This document shows positions 24,458-37,632 of a stretch of 64,000 nt of DNA, in pieces; position 1 is the stretch's first letter, and every line of letters starts with the position of its first letter. This DNA is from Malacoraja senta (taxonomy: Eukaryota), in contig CM075993.1 in the NCBI GenBank assembly GCA_038087875.1, positions 11,100,001 to 11,164,000 of the forward strand, given 5' to 3'. The position numbers and the translations under genes are program-made. The notes under the pieces are model-generated. The model did not search any database, was not told the origin of the DNA, and worked only from the letters and a program-made list of their open reading frames with translations.

Positions 24458-25536
24458 CAACCCTCTGATTAATGAAATTCCTCCTCATCCCCTTCCTAAA
24501 AGAACGTCCTTTAATTCTGAGCCTACGATCTCTGGTCCTAGACTCTCCCACTAGTAGAAACATCCTCTCCATATCCACTCTATCTACGCCTTTCATTATT
24601 CTGTAAGTTTCAATGAGGTTCCCCCCTCAACCTTCTAAACCCCAGCGAGTAGAGGCCCAGTGCTGGCAAACGCTCATCATATGCTGACCCACTCATTCCT
24701 GGGATTCCCTCCTGTGGGATGACGGGGACATTGGATCTGGAGCGGCTGCTGCTCGATGCTGTGATGGGCGGTGGGGGGATGGGGAGAGGGGAGTGATGGG
24801 GGGAGGGGGGAAGAGTGTCCGAGAGCGAATCAGGCAAAACTCCCCCAATGGGAGAACAATCTCACCCCCCCCCTCTCTCTCTCACCCCCCTCTCCCTCCC
24901 TCTCCCTCCCTCTCTCTCTCCCTCTCTAGGACTGATAACAGTCGATGTTGGGGCAAGGGGATCTCGACAGGTGGAACACCTCCTTGAGAGACCTTCTCGG
25001 CTGTTTGAACGTGTTGGCGGAGGGGGTTGTTTGACAAACTGCGGTGGAGTTTGGGTGCATTCATTACGAGGCACCAAGAGAATTGGAATAAACTTCACCC
25101 TTCAGTGGATGTGGAGACCACCCTGTTTATAATTGATGTTCGCTGCTCCAATGTGACTAATGAACTCGATTACCAGCCTCCCTGGAGGAGTTCCTTTCAT
25201 GGATTTGGCAGCTGGAAGAGAACATAAGACAATGGGACGAGGGAGTGGAGAAGCAAGTGCAGCCTGGGGCTTCTGCTCCATCAGGGAAGGGACCAAAACT
25301 GTTTATTACAAGGGGCATTGTTGGGGGGTTAGCAGATTAATGGTTGCCACTTATAGCTGGCGACACAACGTGAAGAGACACAGACTGAGACAAGAGGCAT
25401 AAACATCCTCGTCAGCCAATCTGCGAGGCTCGGGCAGAACAAGACACAAGAGAACCCGTTGTTATTGATTCAGGAGGACGGTGTAGGTCATGGAACAACA
25501 ACAGCAGCATTCCAAGACAGTTGGAATACAATGGCA

Positions 25537-25779
25537 GACAAAATTGCTGGAGAAACTCAGCGGGTACGGCAGCCTCTATGGAGCGAAGGAAATAGGCAAC
25601 GTTTCGGGCCGAAACCCTTGTACTGATCATCAGTCTGAAGAAGGGTTTCACATCAGTCTGAAGAAGGGTTTCAGCCTGAAAAGTTGCCTATTTCCTTCGC
25701 TCCATAGATGCTGCCGTACCTGCTGAGTTTCTCCAGCAATTTTGTCTACCTTCGATTTTCCAGCATCTGCAGTTCCTTC
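25537..25779. mobile_element. Penelope-derived inverted-repeat insert with hammerhead-like cores
   Basis: Arms are inverted copies of each other; 15-bp flanking direct repeat TGGAATACAATGGCA at 25522-36/25780-94; CAGTCTGAAGAAGGGTTTC occurs twice. Confidence 0.7.
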
Positions 25780-25949
25780 TGGAATACAATGGCACTTAGT
25801 ATATCCACTGTGTGTATGTGGTGTGTCAGGCTCTGAGCTCAGACAATCTTCCACACAAGACCATAAGATAGGGCAGAGTCCAGGTCCTCGATTCACCTAC
25901 TCTGGGCAATAGATTCCAATTAAATATTTTCCCCTTCACCTTAAACCTA

Positions 25950-26385
25950 GTCTGAGCTATAGGGGGAGGTTGAGTAGGCTGCGATTCTTATTCCCTGGAG
26001 CACTGGAGGATGAGGGGTGATCTTATGGAGGTGTACAAAATCATGAGAAGAATAGATCGGGATAGGTGCACAGAGTCTCTTGCCCAGAGTCGGGGAATCG
26101 AGGACCAGAGGACATAGGTTTAAGGTGAAGGGGAAAAGACTGAATGGGAATCTGAGGGGTAACTTTTTCCACACAAAGGGTGGTGGGTGCATGGAACGAG
26201 CTGCCAGAGGAGGTAGTTGAGGCAGGGACTACCCCAACATTTAAGAAGTAATTAGGTAGGTACATGGATAGGACAGGTTTGGAGGTAAATGCAGGTGAGT
26301 GCGGCTAGTGTAGATGGGCCATGTTGGCCAGTGTGGGCAAGTTGGGCCGAAGGGCCTGTTTCCACTTTGTATGACTCTCTGTGAC
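25950..26385 (+). mobile_element. CR1/HER1 3' fragment
   Basis: ORF2-end and 3' UTR motifs. Confidence 0.85.
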
Positions 26386-27684
26386 TTGAATTAGGCCACT
26401 CAGCCCATCGAGTTTACTCCGCCATTCGATCGTGGCTGATCTATCTTTCCCACTCAACCCCATTCTCCTGCCTTCACCCCATAACCTCTGACACCTGTAC
26501 TAATCAAGAAGCTATCAATCTCCTCTCTAAGAATACCCAATGTCTTTGTCTCCATCACCGTCTGTGGCAATGAATTCCACACATTCACCACCCTCTGGCT
26601 AAAGAAGTTCCTCCTCATCTCTTCATCTCCATTCTAAAGGAACGTCCTTTTATTCTGACGCTATGACCTCTGGTCCTAGACTCTCCCACTAGTTGAAAGA
26701 TCCTCTCCACGTCCAGGCTTTTCACTATTCGGTAAGTTTCAATAAGGTCCCCACCCCTCATTCTTCGAATCTCTAACGAGTTAGAGACAGGCCCAGAGAC
26801 ATCAAATGTTCGTCATAGATTAACACAAACATCCCCAAGATCATTCTCGATCATTATCATCCTTCTTCAATCTCTGGGCCCAAAAGCGCTCACTATTCCA
26901 AACATGGCCTTGACCAGCATCTTACAAAGCCTCAGTGGGATGCAACTGTTGAGGCACGAATGGTTTTGGGGAGGGTGTGTGTGTGTGGGGGGGGGGGGGG
27001 GGGGGGGGGGGGGTAGGCTAAGCCATCCCTCCTCCATGGACACTTTAGGTATATCAAGGCAAATCTATGTAAGACTCACCTGCCTGTGTTTGGCCCATAT
27101 CCTGTCAAACCTTTCCTATCCATGTGCCTGTCTAAATATATTTTAAATGTTGCTGTACTGCATGCCTCAACTACCTTCTCTGGCAGCTCGTTCCTTGTTC
27201 CCCCAACAGCCTCTGTGTGAAAAAGTTGCCCCTCAGGTTCCTATTATATCTTTCCCCTCTCACCTTAAACCTATATCCTTTGGCTCTTGAATCCTCTACT
27301 CTGGTTAAAGACTACCCAATGTATCCCACTCATGATTTTATACACCTCTATAAGATCACCCACATCCTTCTGCAATCCAAGGAATATAGTCCTAGCCTAC
27401 CCAACCTCTCCCTATAGCTCAGGCACCTCCAGTCCTGGCAACAGACATCTTCCCTACACTCTTTGCAGATTAACAATATCTTTCTCATAGCAGGGTGACA
27501 AAAAACTAAACACAATACTCCAAATATGGCCTCATCAAAGTCTTGTACAACTAAAACATTACATCCCAACCATGTGTAGGAAGGAACTGCAGATGCTGGT
27601 TTAAACCAAGGATAGACACAAAAAGATGGATTAACTCAGCGGGACAGGCAGCATCTCTGGAGAAAAGGAATAGGTGACGTTTCA

Positions 27685-28130
27685 CTGGATAGACTCGGCT
27701 TGTACTCGCTAGAATTTAGAAGATTGAGGGGGATCTTATAGAAAACTTACAAAAATTCTTAAGGGGTTGGACAGGCTAGATGCAGGAAGATTGTTCCCGA
27801 TGTTGGGGAAGTCCAGGACAAGGGGTCACAGCTTAAGGATAAGGGGGAAATCCTTTAAGACCGAGATGAGGAAAAACCTTTTCACACAGAGAGTGGTGAA
27901 TCTCTGGAACTCTCTGCCACAGAGGGTAGTTGAAGCCAGTTCATTGGCTATATTTAAGAGAGAGTTAGATGTGGCCCTTGTGGCTAAAGGGATCAGGGGG
28001 TATGGAGAGAAGGCAAGTACAGGATACTGAGTTGGATGAACAGCCATGATCATATTGAATGGCGGTGCAGGCTCGAAAGGCCGAATGGCCTACTCCTGCA
28101 CCTATTTTCTATGTTTCTATGTTTCTATGT
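27685..28130 (+). mobile_element. Young CR1 3' fragment
   Basis: Near-identical to 5405-5767; (TTCTATGT)n tail. Confidence 0.9.
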
Positions 28131-28544
28131 TTCAGTTCTTCTGAAAGTCTCGACCCGAAATGTCATCTATTCCTTCTCTCCAGAGATGCTGCCTGACCCA
28201 CTGAGTTACTCCAGCTTTTTGTGTCTATCCCAACCTTTTTACTTAGTACCCTATTTGATGAAAGCCACTGTGCTGAAATCCGCCTTGGCCACCCTTTCTA
28301 CCTCTGATGCCACTTTCAAGGAACTATTTAATTGCACTCCTGGATCATTCTGCTCTACAACATTCCCCAGAACACTGCCATTCACTATGGACATTCTGAC
28401 CTGCTTTGCCTTTCCAAAATGCAACACCTTGCACTTATCTGCATTAAACTCCATCAACCATTCTTCAGCCCACTTGCCCAACTGATCAAGATCCTGCTAT
28501 ACTTTTTGCTTATCCTGATGCACTAGCTACAATACCATCTACAA

Positions 28545-29030
28545 TACAAGGTTAATTCCCGGGATGGCGGGACTGTCATATGCTGAGAGAATGGAGCGGC
28601 TGGGCCTGTACACTCTGGAGTTTAGAAGGATGAGAGGATATCTCATTGAAACATATAAGATTGTTAAGGGCTTGGACACGCTAGAGGCAGGAAAAATGTT
28701 CCCGATGTTGGAGGAGTCCAGAACCAGGGGCCACAGTTTAAGAATAAGGGGTAAGCCATTTAGAACGGAGACGAGGAAACACTTTTTCTCACAGAGAGTG
28801 GTGAGTCTGTGGAATTCTCTGCCTCAGAGGACAGTGGAGGCAGGTTCTCTGGATGCTTTCAAGAGAGAGCTAGATAGGGCTCTTAAAAACAGCGGAGTCA
28901 GGGGATATGGGGAGAAGGCAGTTACGGGGTACTGATTGGGGATGATCAGCCATGATCACATTGAATGGCGGTGCTGGCTCAAAGGGCCAAATGCTCCTGC
29001 ACCTATTGTCTATTGTCTATTGTCTATTGT
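28545..29030 (+). mobile_element. Young CR1 3' fragment
   Basis: ORF 28564..28935 is an intact ORF2 C-terminus; (ATTGTCT)n tail. Confidence 0.9.
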
Positions 29031-30000
29031 CACCCATTTTAGATAGACCTAAAATGCTGGAGTAACTCAGCGGAACAGGCCACATCTCTGGATAGAAGGA
29101 ATGGGTGACGTTTTGGGTCGAGACCTTCTTCAGACTCTCGACCTGAAACGACCTGAAATGTCACCCATTCCTTCTCTCCAGAGATGCTGCCTGTCCTGCT
29201 GAGTTACTCCAGCATTTTGTGTCTATTTTCGGTATAAACCAAGGTGTTCCTTCCATGTTAGTATTATCTGCAAACTCACAAATCATGTCGTACATTCCCA
29301 TCCAAATTGTTGATAGAAAAGACAAACTGCACCAAACCCTGAGGCACACCACTAGTCACAGGCATCCAGTCTGAAAAATAACCTTCCACCAATACATGCT
29401 TCCTTCCATGAAGCACATTTTCTATCCAGTCAGCTAGCTCTCCCTGGACCCCATGCGATCGAACCTTCCAGAGCAGCCTACCATGCAGAACCTTCTCAGA
29501 TGCCTTGCTGCAGCCCATTCGGACAATGTCCATGGCTTTCCCCTCATTAACCTTTTTGGTTACTTCTTCAAAAAACTATTAGATTCATGAGACATGATCT
29601 TCCACAGACAAAACAGTGGTGACTATCCCTAATTAGCCCCCCTCTATCCAAATGTCTCATCCCTCAAAATCCTCTGCAATAACTTGCCTACCACAGATGT
29701 TAGGCTCACTGGCCTATAGTTCCCAGGCTTTTCCTTGCAGCCCTTCTTTAATAGAGGCACAACATTAGGCACGCTCCAGTTATCCGGCACCTCACCCGTA
29801 TCTAATGATGATATATATCTCCGGCAGGACTCCAACAATTTAATCTCTAGCTTCCCCCAGTGTCCTTGGATATATCTGATCAGGCCCCGGAGGTTTGTGT
29901 AACTTCATGCTCCTTAGTACATTCAGTACCTCCTTGACTGTAATACTGACTGTCCTCGAGACACTTCCATTGACTGCCCCAAGTTCCCCAGTCTTCATGT

Positions 30001-30655
30001 TGTCAAGCTGGAGAGGGCGCCGAGAAGATTTACGAGGATGTTGCCAGGACTAGAGGGTCTGAGCTATAGGGAGAGGTTGAGTAGACAGGGTCTCTATTTC
30101 CCGTGAAGAGCAGGAGGATGAGGGGTGATCTTATAGAGGTGTATGAAATCATCAGAGGAATAGATCGGATACATGCACAGTCTCTTGCTCAGAGTTGGTG
30201 AATCGGGGACCAAGTCAAGTCAAGTCAAGTCACATTTATTTATATAGCATATTTAAAAAACAACTCTTGTTGGCCAAAGTGCTTTACATTTGTTATACGA
30301 ATAGCATAAATAAAACAAACTACATACATATATACACGTAGCCCTCACTCAGCCCTCATAGGACCAGAGGACATATGTTTAAGGTGAAGGGGAAAAGATT
30401 TAATAGGAATCTGAGGGGTAACTTTTTCACACAAAGGGTGGTGGGTGTATGGAACAAGCTGCCAGAGGAGGTAGTTAAGGCTGGGACTGGCCCAACGTTT
30501 AAGAAGCAGTTAGACAGGTACATGGATAGGACAGGTTTGGAGGGATATGGACCAAACGCAGGCAGGTGGGACTAATGTAGCTGGGACACGTTGGCAGGTG
30601 TGGGCAGGTTGGGCCGAAGGGCCTGTTTCCACACTGTATCACTCTATGACTATGT
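30001..30655 (+). mobile_element. CR1/HER1 3' fragment containing an inverted L2 tail (30213-30360)
   Basis: TSD GGACCA at 30207-12/30361-66; the insert matches the reverse complement of the L2 tail at 43085-43212. Confidence 0.8.
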
Positions 30656-31119
30656 AATTCTCCATGGTAAAAACAATGAGAAATACTCATTGAGGACCTT
30701 GCCTTTCTCCTGTGGCTCTACACAGAGGCAACTGCTTTGGTTTCTGAGTCAGCCTCGGTCTCCCTCCTTCCATAATGACCTTATAAATTCTCATTGGATG
30801 TCCCTTAATATTATCTGCCAGAGCCATCCCCGGCCCCATTTTTGTCCTCCTGATTTCCTTCTTTAGCGGGCTCCACAGTTCCTGAAACTCCTCCAGAGGC
30901 GGCACAGTGGCACAGCGGTAGAGTTGCGGCCTTACAGCGCCAGAGACCCAGGTTCGATCCTGACTACGGTTGTTGCCTGTACAGAGTTTTCCCCGTGATC
31001 TGCGTGGGTTTTCTCCGAGATCTTCGGTTTCCTCCCACACTCCACAGACATACAGGTTTGTAGGTTAATTGGTTTGGTATAAGTGTAGAATTGTCCCTAG
31101 TGTGTGGAGCATAGAGTTA

Positions 31120-31382
31120 AGGGGCTGTCCCACTGCGGCGACCTAATTGGCGAGTTTAGAAGTGTTTAGGAGAGTTTGAAAAAATGTCATGTTGAAGACC
31201 TCCTTCGACTATGTTGAAGACTAGCTTCGACTAGCTACGACTAACCGGAAAAAATTGGACACCGAATAGTGGAGAGTGAAGACGCCCTCTTTCGAGCATG
31301 AAGGAGAGTTACAAAGACCTCCTAGGACCTCGTGTCGACCATGCTGCGAGTATGACTCGAGGGCAAACTCGCCAGAACTCGC
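31120..31382. mobile_element. Harbinger-type MITE with right TIR lost, inserted in a SINE
   Basis: Left end AGGGGCTGTCCCACTGCGGCGACCTAATT after TTA; right subterminal TGCTGCGAGTATGA..GGGCAAACTCG is homologous to 20601-20635. Confidence 0.65.
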
Positions 31383-31729
31383 TGATCACTGGTCGGTGTG
31401 GACTCGGTGGGCCGAGGGGCCTGTTTCCGCGCTGTATCTCTAAACTAAACTAAACTAAACAATCACCTTGAGCAAGTTCCTGTCTAACACTACCATAGTT
31501 GGCCATGCCCCAATTCAGAATTTATCTCGTGGGCCCGCTATAATTATCTTCTATCTAATTGAACAGTGATCGCTGGTCCCAAAGGCTTGCCCAGGGAATC
31601 TTCAGTCACTTGCCTGTCCCACTTTCCTCAGAGTAGGTCAATGGTTGTCCTCCCTCATGTAGGGCCTTCTGCAAATTGCCCGAGGAAACCTTCCTGAACA
31701 CCTTTGACAAATTCCATCCCGCCTAAGCT

Positions 31730-32040
31730 GGCACGGTTGCGCAGCGGTAGAGCTGCTGCCTCACAGCGCCAGAGACACGGGTTCGATCCTGACTACGGGT
31801 GCTGTCTGTGCAGAGTTTGTACCTTCTCCCCGTGACCTGCGTGGGTTTTCTCCGATATCTTCGGCTTCCTGCCACACTCCAAAAACGCACGGGTTTGTAG
31901 GTTAATTGGTTTGGTGTGAACGCAAAAAAAATTGTCGCTAGTGTGTGTAGGGTAGAGGTAATGTGCGGGGATGGCTGGTCAGCGCGGACACGGTGGGCCG
32001 AAGGGCCTGTTTCCGCGCTGTATCTCTAAGCTAAAAATAA
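31730..32040 (+). mobile_element. Full-length HE1-type SINE
   Basis: tRNA-like head with A and B boxes, V-domain, CR1-like tail. Confidence 0.85.
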
Positions 32041-32094
32041 ACGAAACACCGTTTATCGTTATCGTTATAAAGACATTTATTATGAAGCTGTAGA

Positions 32095-32500
32095 TGAGAG
32101 CCATCCATTACACAGTCCCCATTATACAGCAATCTATTGCAGACTGATCCATCATACATCACCATTCATGAGATAATGGTCCATCAGACACCATCCATTA
32201 TACATGCCATCATTAGAGGCCCGTCCATTATACAGTAGACTATTTCACACCCATCCATTATACACTCATTCACATTGTACTCATCTGTTTCATACCCATG
32301 TATTGTAGGGCTAACACTTACACAACTGTCCATTTCACACTTGTCCGTTGCACACCTGTCCATTTTACAGCTGTCTACGACACAGTTGACATTCACAGAG
32401 TTGCACACCTGTTCACTTCACCTCCATTCATTATACAAGCATCTACATACATTCATTACACACTGATCCATTAGGATGGCCCATTGTATGCTACTGTTTA
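32095..32500. repeat. Degenerate 15-bp-period tandem array
   Basis: Units such as CTGTCCATTTCACAC, TTGTCCGTTGCACAC, CTGTCCATTTTACAG and CCATCCATTATACAC. Confidence 0.65.
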
Positions 32501-32519
32501 GACCAGCGGGCCATGGCCT

Positions 32520-33080
32520 GTCATAGAGTGATACAGTGTGGAAACAGGCCCTTCGGCCCAACTTGCCCACATTGACCAACATGTCCCATCTGCACGAGTC
32601 CTACTTACCTGCGTTTGACCCATATCCCTCCAAACCTGTCCTCCCCATGTGTACCTGTCTAATTGCTTCTTAAACATTGCATTAGTCCCTGCCTCAACTA
32701 CCTCATCTGGCAGCTCGTTCCATACACCCACCATCCTTTGCGTGAAAAAGTTATCCCTCAGATTCCTATGAAATCTTTCCCCCTTCACCTTAAACCTATA
32801 CAGTGTCCTCGTGTTCTTGATTCCCCTACTCTGTGCATCTACCCGATCTATTCCTCTCATGATTTTATACACCTCTATAAGATCACCCCTCATCCTCCTG
32901 CGCTCCAAGGAATAGAGTCCCAGCCTACTCAACCTCTCCCTATAGCTCAGACCCTCTAGCCCTGGCAACATCTTCATAAATCATCTCTGTACCCTTTCCA
33001 GCTTGACAACATCTTTCCTATAATATGGTGCCCAGAACTGAACACATGACTCTAAATGCGGCCTCGCCAACGTCTTATAT
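32520..33080 (-). mobile_element. CR1/HER1 3' fragment
   Basis: ORF 32498..32977 LSYRERLSRLGLYSLERRRMRGDLIEVYK. Confidence 0.85.
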
Positions 33081-34815
33081 AAGATGGCACGGTGGTGGAG
33101 CAGTAGGGTTGCTGCCTTACAGCGCCAGTGACCCAGGTTTGATCCTGACTACGGGAGCTTGTCTGTATGGAGTTTGTAAGTACTCCCCCGACCCAGCCAA
33201 CTCAACCTCTCCTTATAGCTCAGGCCCTCGAGTCCTGGCAACATCATTGTAGATCTTCTCTGCACCCTTTCCAACTTCACATCTTACCTATATCTTTTCT
33301 GTTGAAGGAAGCTGCTGCCAAACGCAGCCCTGCTCATCCCCGAAGGCCAGCGATGGGCACTGGACAAAGGGTCGGTGGAGCACCCAGGGGAGGGGTTCTT
33401 ACCTTGAGGCCTGGATAGAGTGGATGTGGAGAGGATGATTACGCTAGTGAGAGAGTCTAGGACCAGAGGTCATAGCCTCAGAATTAAAGGACGTTCCTTC
33501 AAGAAGAAGATGAGGAAGAATTTCTTTAGTCAGAGGGTGGTGAATCTGTGGAATTCTTTGCCACAGATGGCTGTGGAGGCCACGTCAGTGGATATTTAAG
33601 CCAGAGAATGATGGATTCTTGATTAGTACGGGTGTCAGGGGTAATGGGGAGAAGGCAGGAGAATGGGGCTAGATCAGCCATGATTGAATGGCAGTGGACT
33701 TGATGGGCCGAATGGCCTAATTCTGCTCCTATCACCTGATGAACCTTCCATGCCTTCAAGGTCGGCTGCGGGAGGCGCTACCCGCGGCACGAAGGGTAAA
33801 GGCCTGGAGATGAGAGAAGGACAGAAAGCTCGCTGGTGATACGAATGGGATGATGGCTGCAATGGGCCTTTATGGCCAGCTGCAGCCTGGACTGGGTAAA
33901 ATAGCATCAAAACCTGGTGACATAAATATGGACTCAGTGTGCTGCTTCCATGTGTGGGGGACTTAACCAGGCATTGTGTATGGCAATAATTGCACTGATC
34001 TAGATTGCAAAAAATGTGTTTCACTGTACCTTGCGTACACATGACAACAAAAGAACCATTGAACCAAGAGTCAATAGATAATGACAATAGACAATAGGTG
34101 CAGGAGTAGGCCATTTGGCCCTTCAAGCCAGCACCGCCATTCAATGTGATCATGGCTGATCATCCCCAATCCTGCCTCTCCCCATATCCCCTGACTCCGC
34201 TATCCTTAAGAGCCCTATCTAGCTCTCTCTTGAAAGTATCCAGAGAACCGGCCTCCACCGCCCTCTGAGCAGATAATTCCACAGACTCACCTCTCTCTGT
34301 GAGAAAAAGTGTTTCCTCGTCTCCGTTCTAAATGGCTTACCCCTTATTCTTAAACTGTGGCCCCTGGCTCTGGACTCCCCCAACATCGGGAAGATTTCCT
34401 GCCTCTAGCGTGTCCAAACCCTTAATAATCATATATGTCAAGAGTGTTTTATTGTCATATGTCCAAGATAGAACAATGAAATTCTTACTTGCAGCAGCAC
34501 AACAGAATGTGTAAACATAGTACACTGTGAACAATATAACAAACAAGAAGAAAATGCTCAGTGTGTGTGTATATGTACACACACACATACACACACATAT
34601 ACTGTATATGAATGAATGAATGAATAAGTTTATTGGCCAAGTATTCACATACAAGGAATTTGCCTTGGTGCTCCACTCGCAAGTAACAGCACGACATACA
34701 GTGACAATTAAGAGTGACACATAAAACATTAAACATTAATAATAAAACATTATAATTTAAACATGGGAATGAAATAAAATACCAGAGCAAAAAGGAGGCT
34801 ACAGATTTTTGGTTA

Positions 34816-34936
34816 AGAAGGAACTGCAGATGCTGGAAAATCGAAGGTAGACAAAAATGCTGGAGAAACTCAGCGGGTGAGGCAGCATCTAATAGATGCT
34901 GCCTCACCGCTGAGTTTCTCCAGCATTTTTGTCTAC
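34816..34936. mobile_element. Penelope-derived inverted-repeat insert within a Rex1-like tail
   Basis: Fold-back arms; 17-bp flanking repeat CTACAGATTTYTGGTTA at 34799-815/34937-953. Confidence 0.65.
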
Positions 34937-36004
34937 CTACAGATTTCTGGTTATTGAGTAGAGCCACTGCCCGTGGGAAAATGGTGTATCCATTCCTTTT
35001 CATCTTTGCCAATTGTACATCCTTCCTTTGTGAACCCATCCTTTATACATCTGTCTATGATTCACCTCTCAACAAAATGTCCATCTATTATAGATACATC
35101 AATAATACCTCTCCCAGCATCTATGCTAAACGACTAGACAGCAGCCCATTCTAGGTCAGTCCATTAAATACTCACTGTTATTACTCATCTGTCCATTGTA
35201 AATGATGTCATCATATGGTAAACACAGCGCAGTCCTCCTGATTAATTTTACTATAGGCCTCGTTGTCACCTTCCCCTCAGCCAACAATGAATCATTAACT
35301 TCCATACGCATTTCCATCCTGCATTTGTGGACCATCTCCTGAAGATAGACACAAAATGCTGGAGTAACTCAGTGGGACAGGCAGTATCTCCGGAGAGAAG
35401 GAATGGGTGATGTTTTGGGTCAAGACCCTTCCTACATCTCCCGAGCATTTCTGGATCTCACCGTCTCCATCACAGGAGATAGACTATTGACTGCCATCTG
35501 ACATCAACCCAGCGGTATGAATGTCAGACTTCACTAACTTCTATTAACCTTTGCTTTACCCTTCTCTCCACCCTCCCCCATCCACACACAAGAGGGTGGA
35601 TTGTACACGCATCATCCATAAAATAATCCTCCTTTACCAACTTGACCGCGATGAGCGACACCAACCTCTGACAGGAAAGAGAACAAGGACAATAGACAAT
35701 ATGAGCCAGAGAATTCCACAGACTCACAACTCTCTGTGTGAAAAAGTGTTTCCTCGTCTCCGTTTAAGGGCTTACCCCTTATTCCTAAACTGTGGTTCTG
35801 GACTCCCCCAACATCGGGAACATGTTTCCTGCCTCTAGCGTGTCCGAACCCTTAACAATCTTATGTGTTTCAATAAGAAAGGAACAAGTGATCACCTTCC
35901 AAGTCTCAAGATCGATCTCTCAGCAAAGGCAGACATTAGTGGTGAGATTCTCCATCACATCCTAAAGCACTTACAACAAGACACAATTCCTCGTTGTGTA
36001 ATAG

Positions 36005-36315
36005 GGTGGCACGGTGGCACAGCGGTAGGGTTGCTGCCTCGCAGCGCCAGAGACCCAGGTTCCATCCTGACCACGTGTGCAGTCTGTACGGAGTTTGTAC
36101 GTTCTCCCCGTGACCGCGTGGGTTTACTCCGGGTGCTCCGGTTTCCTCCCACACACCAAAGATGTACAGGTTTGTGGGTTAATTGGCTTTGGTAAAATTG
36201 TAAATCGTCCCTAGTGTGTGTGGGATAGTGTTAGTGTGCAGGGGACACTGGTTGGCACTGACTCGACGGGCTGAAGGGCCTGTTTCCACGTTGTATCTCT
36301 AAATTAAACTAAACT
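36005..36315 (+). mobile_element. Full-length HE1-type SINE
   Basis: A and B boxes, V-domain, (TAAAC)n tail. Confidence 0.85.
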
Positions 36316-36349
36316 AAGACTCTATGAATCTAGGCACATATTCACACGC

Positions 36350-37262
<913 letters not shown>

Positions 37263-37632
37263 GCCCCCACTCAATGGTACTTTATTTCTCACATGTACCG
37301 AGGTACAGTGAAATTCATTTCTGTATACTGTTCAATCTTTTATAAGCATCTCAGATACAGTTCAAGTGTATAGCAGTAATACACTGCGACAGTATACAGA
37401 GTCCAAGATAGACAGGGAATGCTGGAGTAACACAATGGGTCAGACAGCATCTATGAAAAAGGAACAGGTGATGTCTCGGGTCGAGACCCTGCTTCTTTAG
37501 AAGGGGGTCAACCCAAAATGTCACCTATTCCTTCTCTCAGAGATGCTGCCTGTCCCACAGAGTTACTCTTGCATTCTGTGTCTATGTTCCATCTAAACCA
37601 GCATCTACAGTTCCTTCCTACTCAGTATACAG

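Larger units (their letters stand above)
27075..31720 (-). mobile_element. Old, long CR1 ORF2 relic fragmented by younger insertions
   Basis: Minus-strand segments in CR1 order: endonuclease end GMEFVKGVQEGFLGQFAEGPT (~31720-31655), PGNYRPVSLTSVVGK (~29700), VTSGVPQG (~29350), WLMEFNADKCKVLHFG (~28450), 3' UTR (~27100). Confidence 0.7.

Noticed and set aside
31730..31800. tRNA gene-like A/B boxes (also in many other copies)
   Set aside because: They are SINE heads continuing into V-domain and LINE tail, with no complete cloverleaf or terminator
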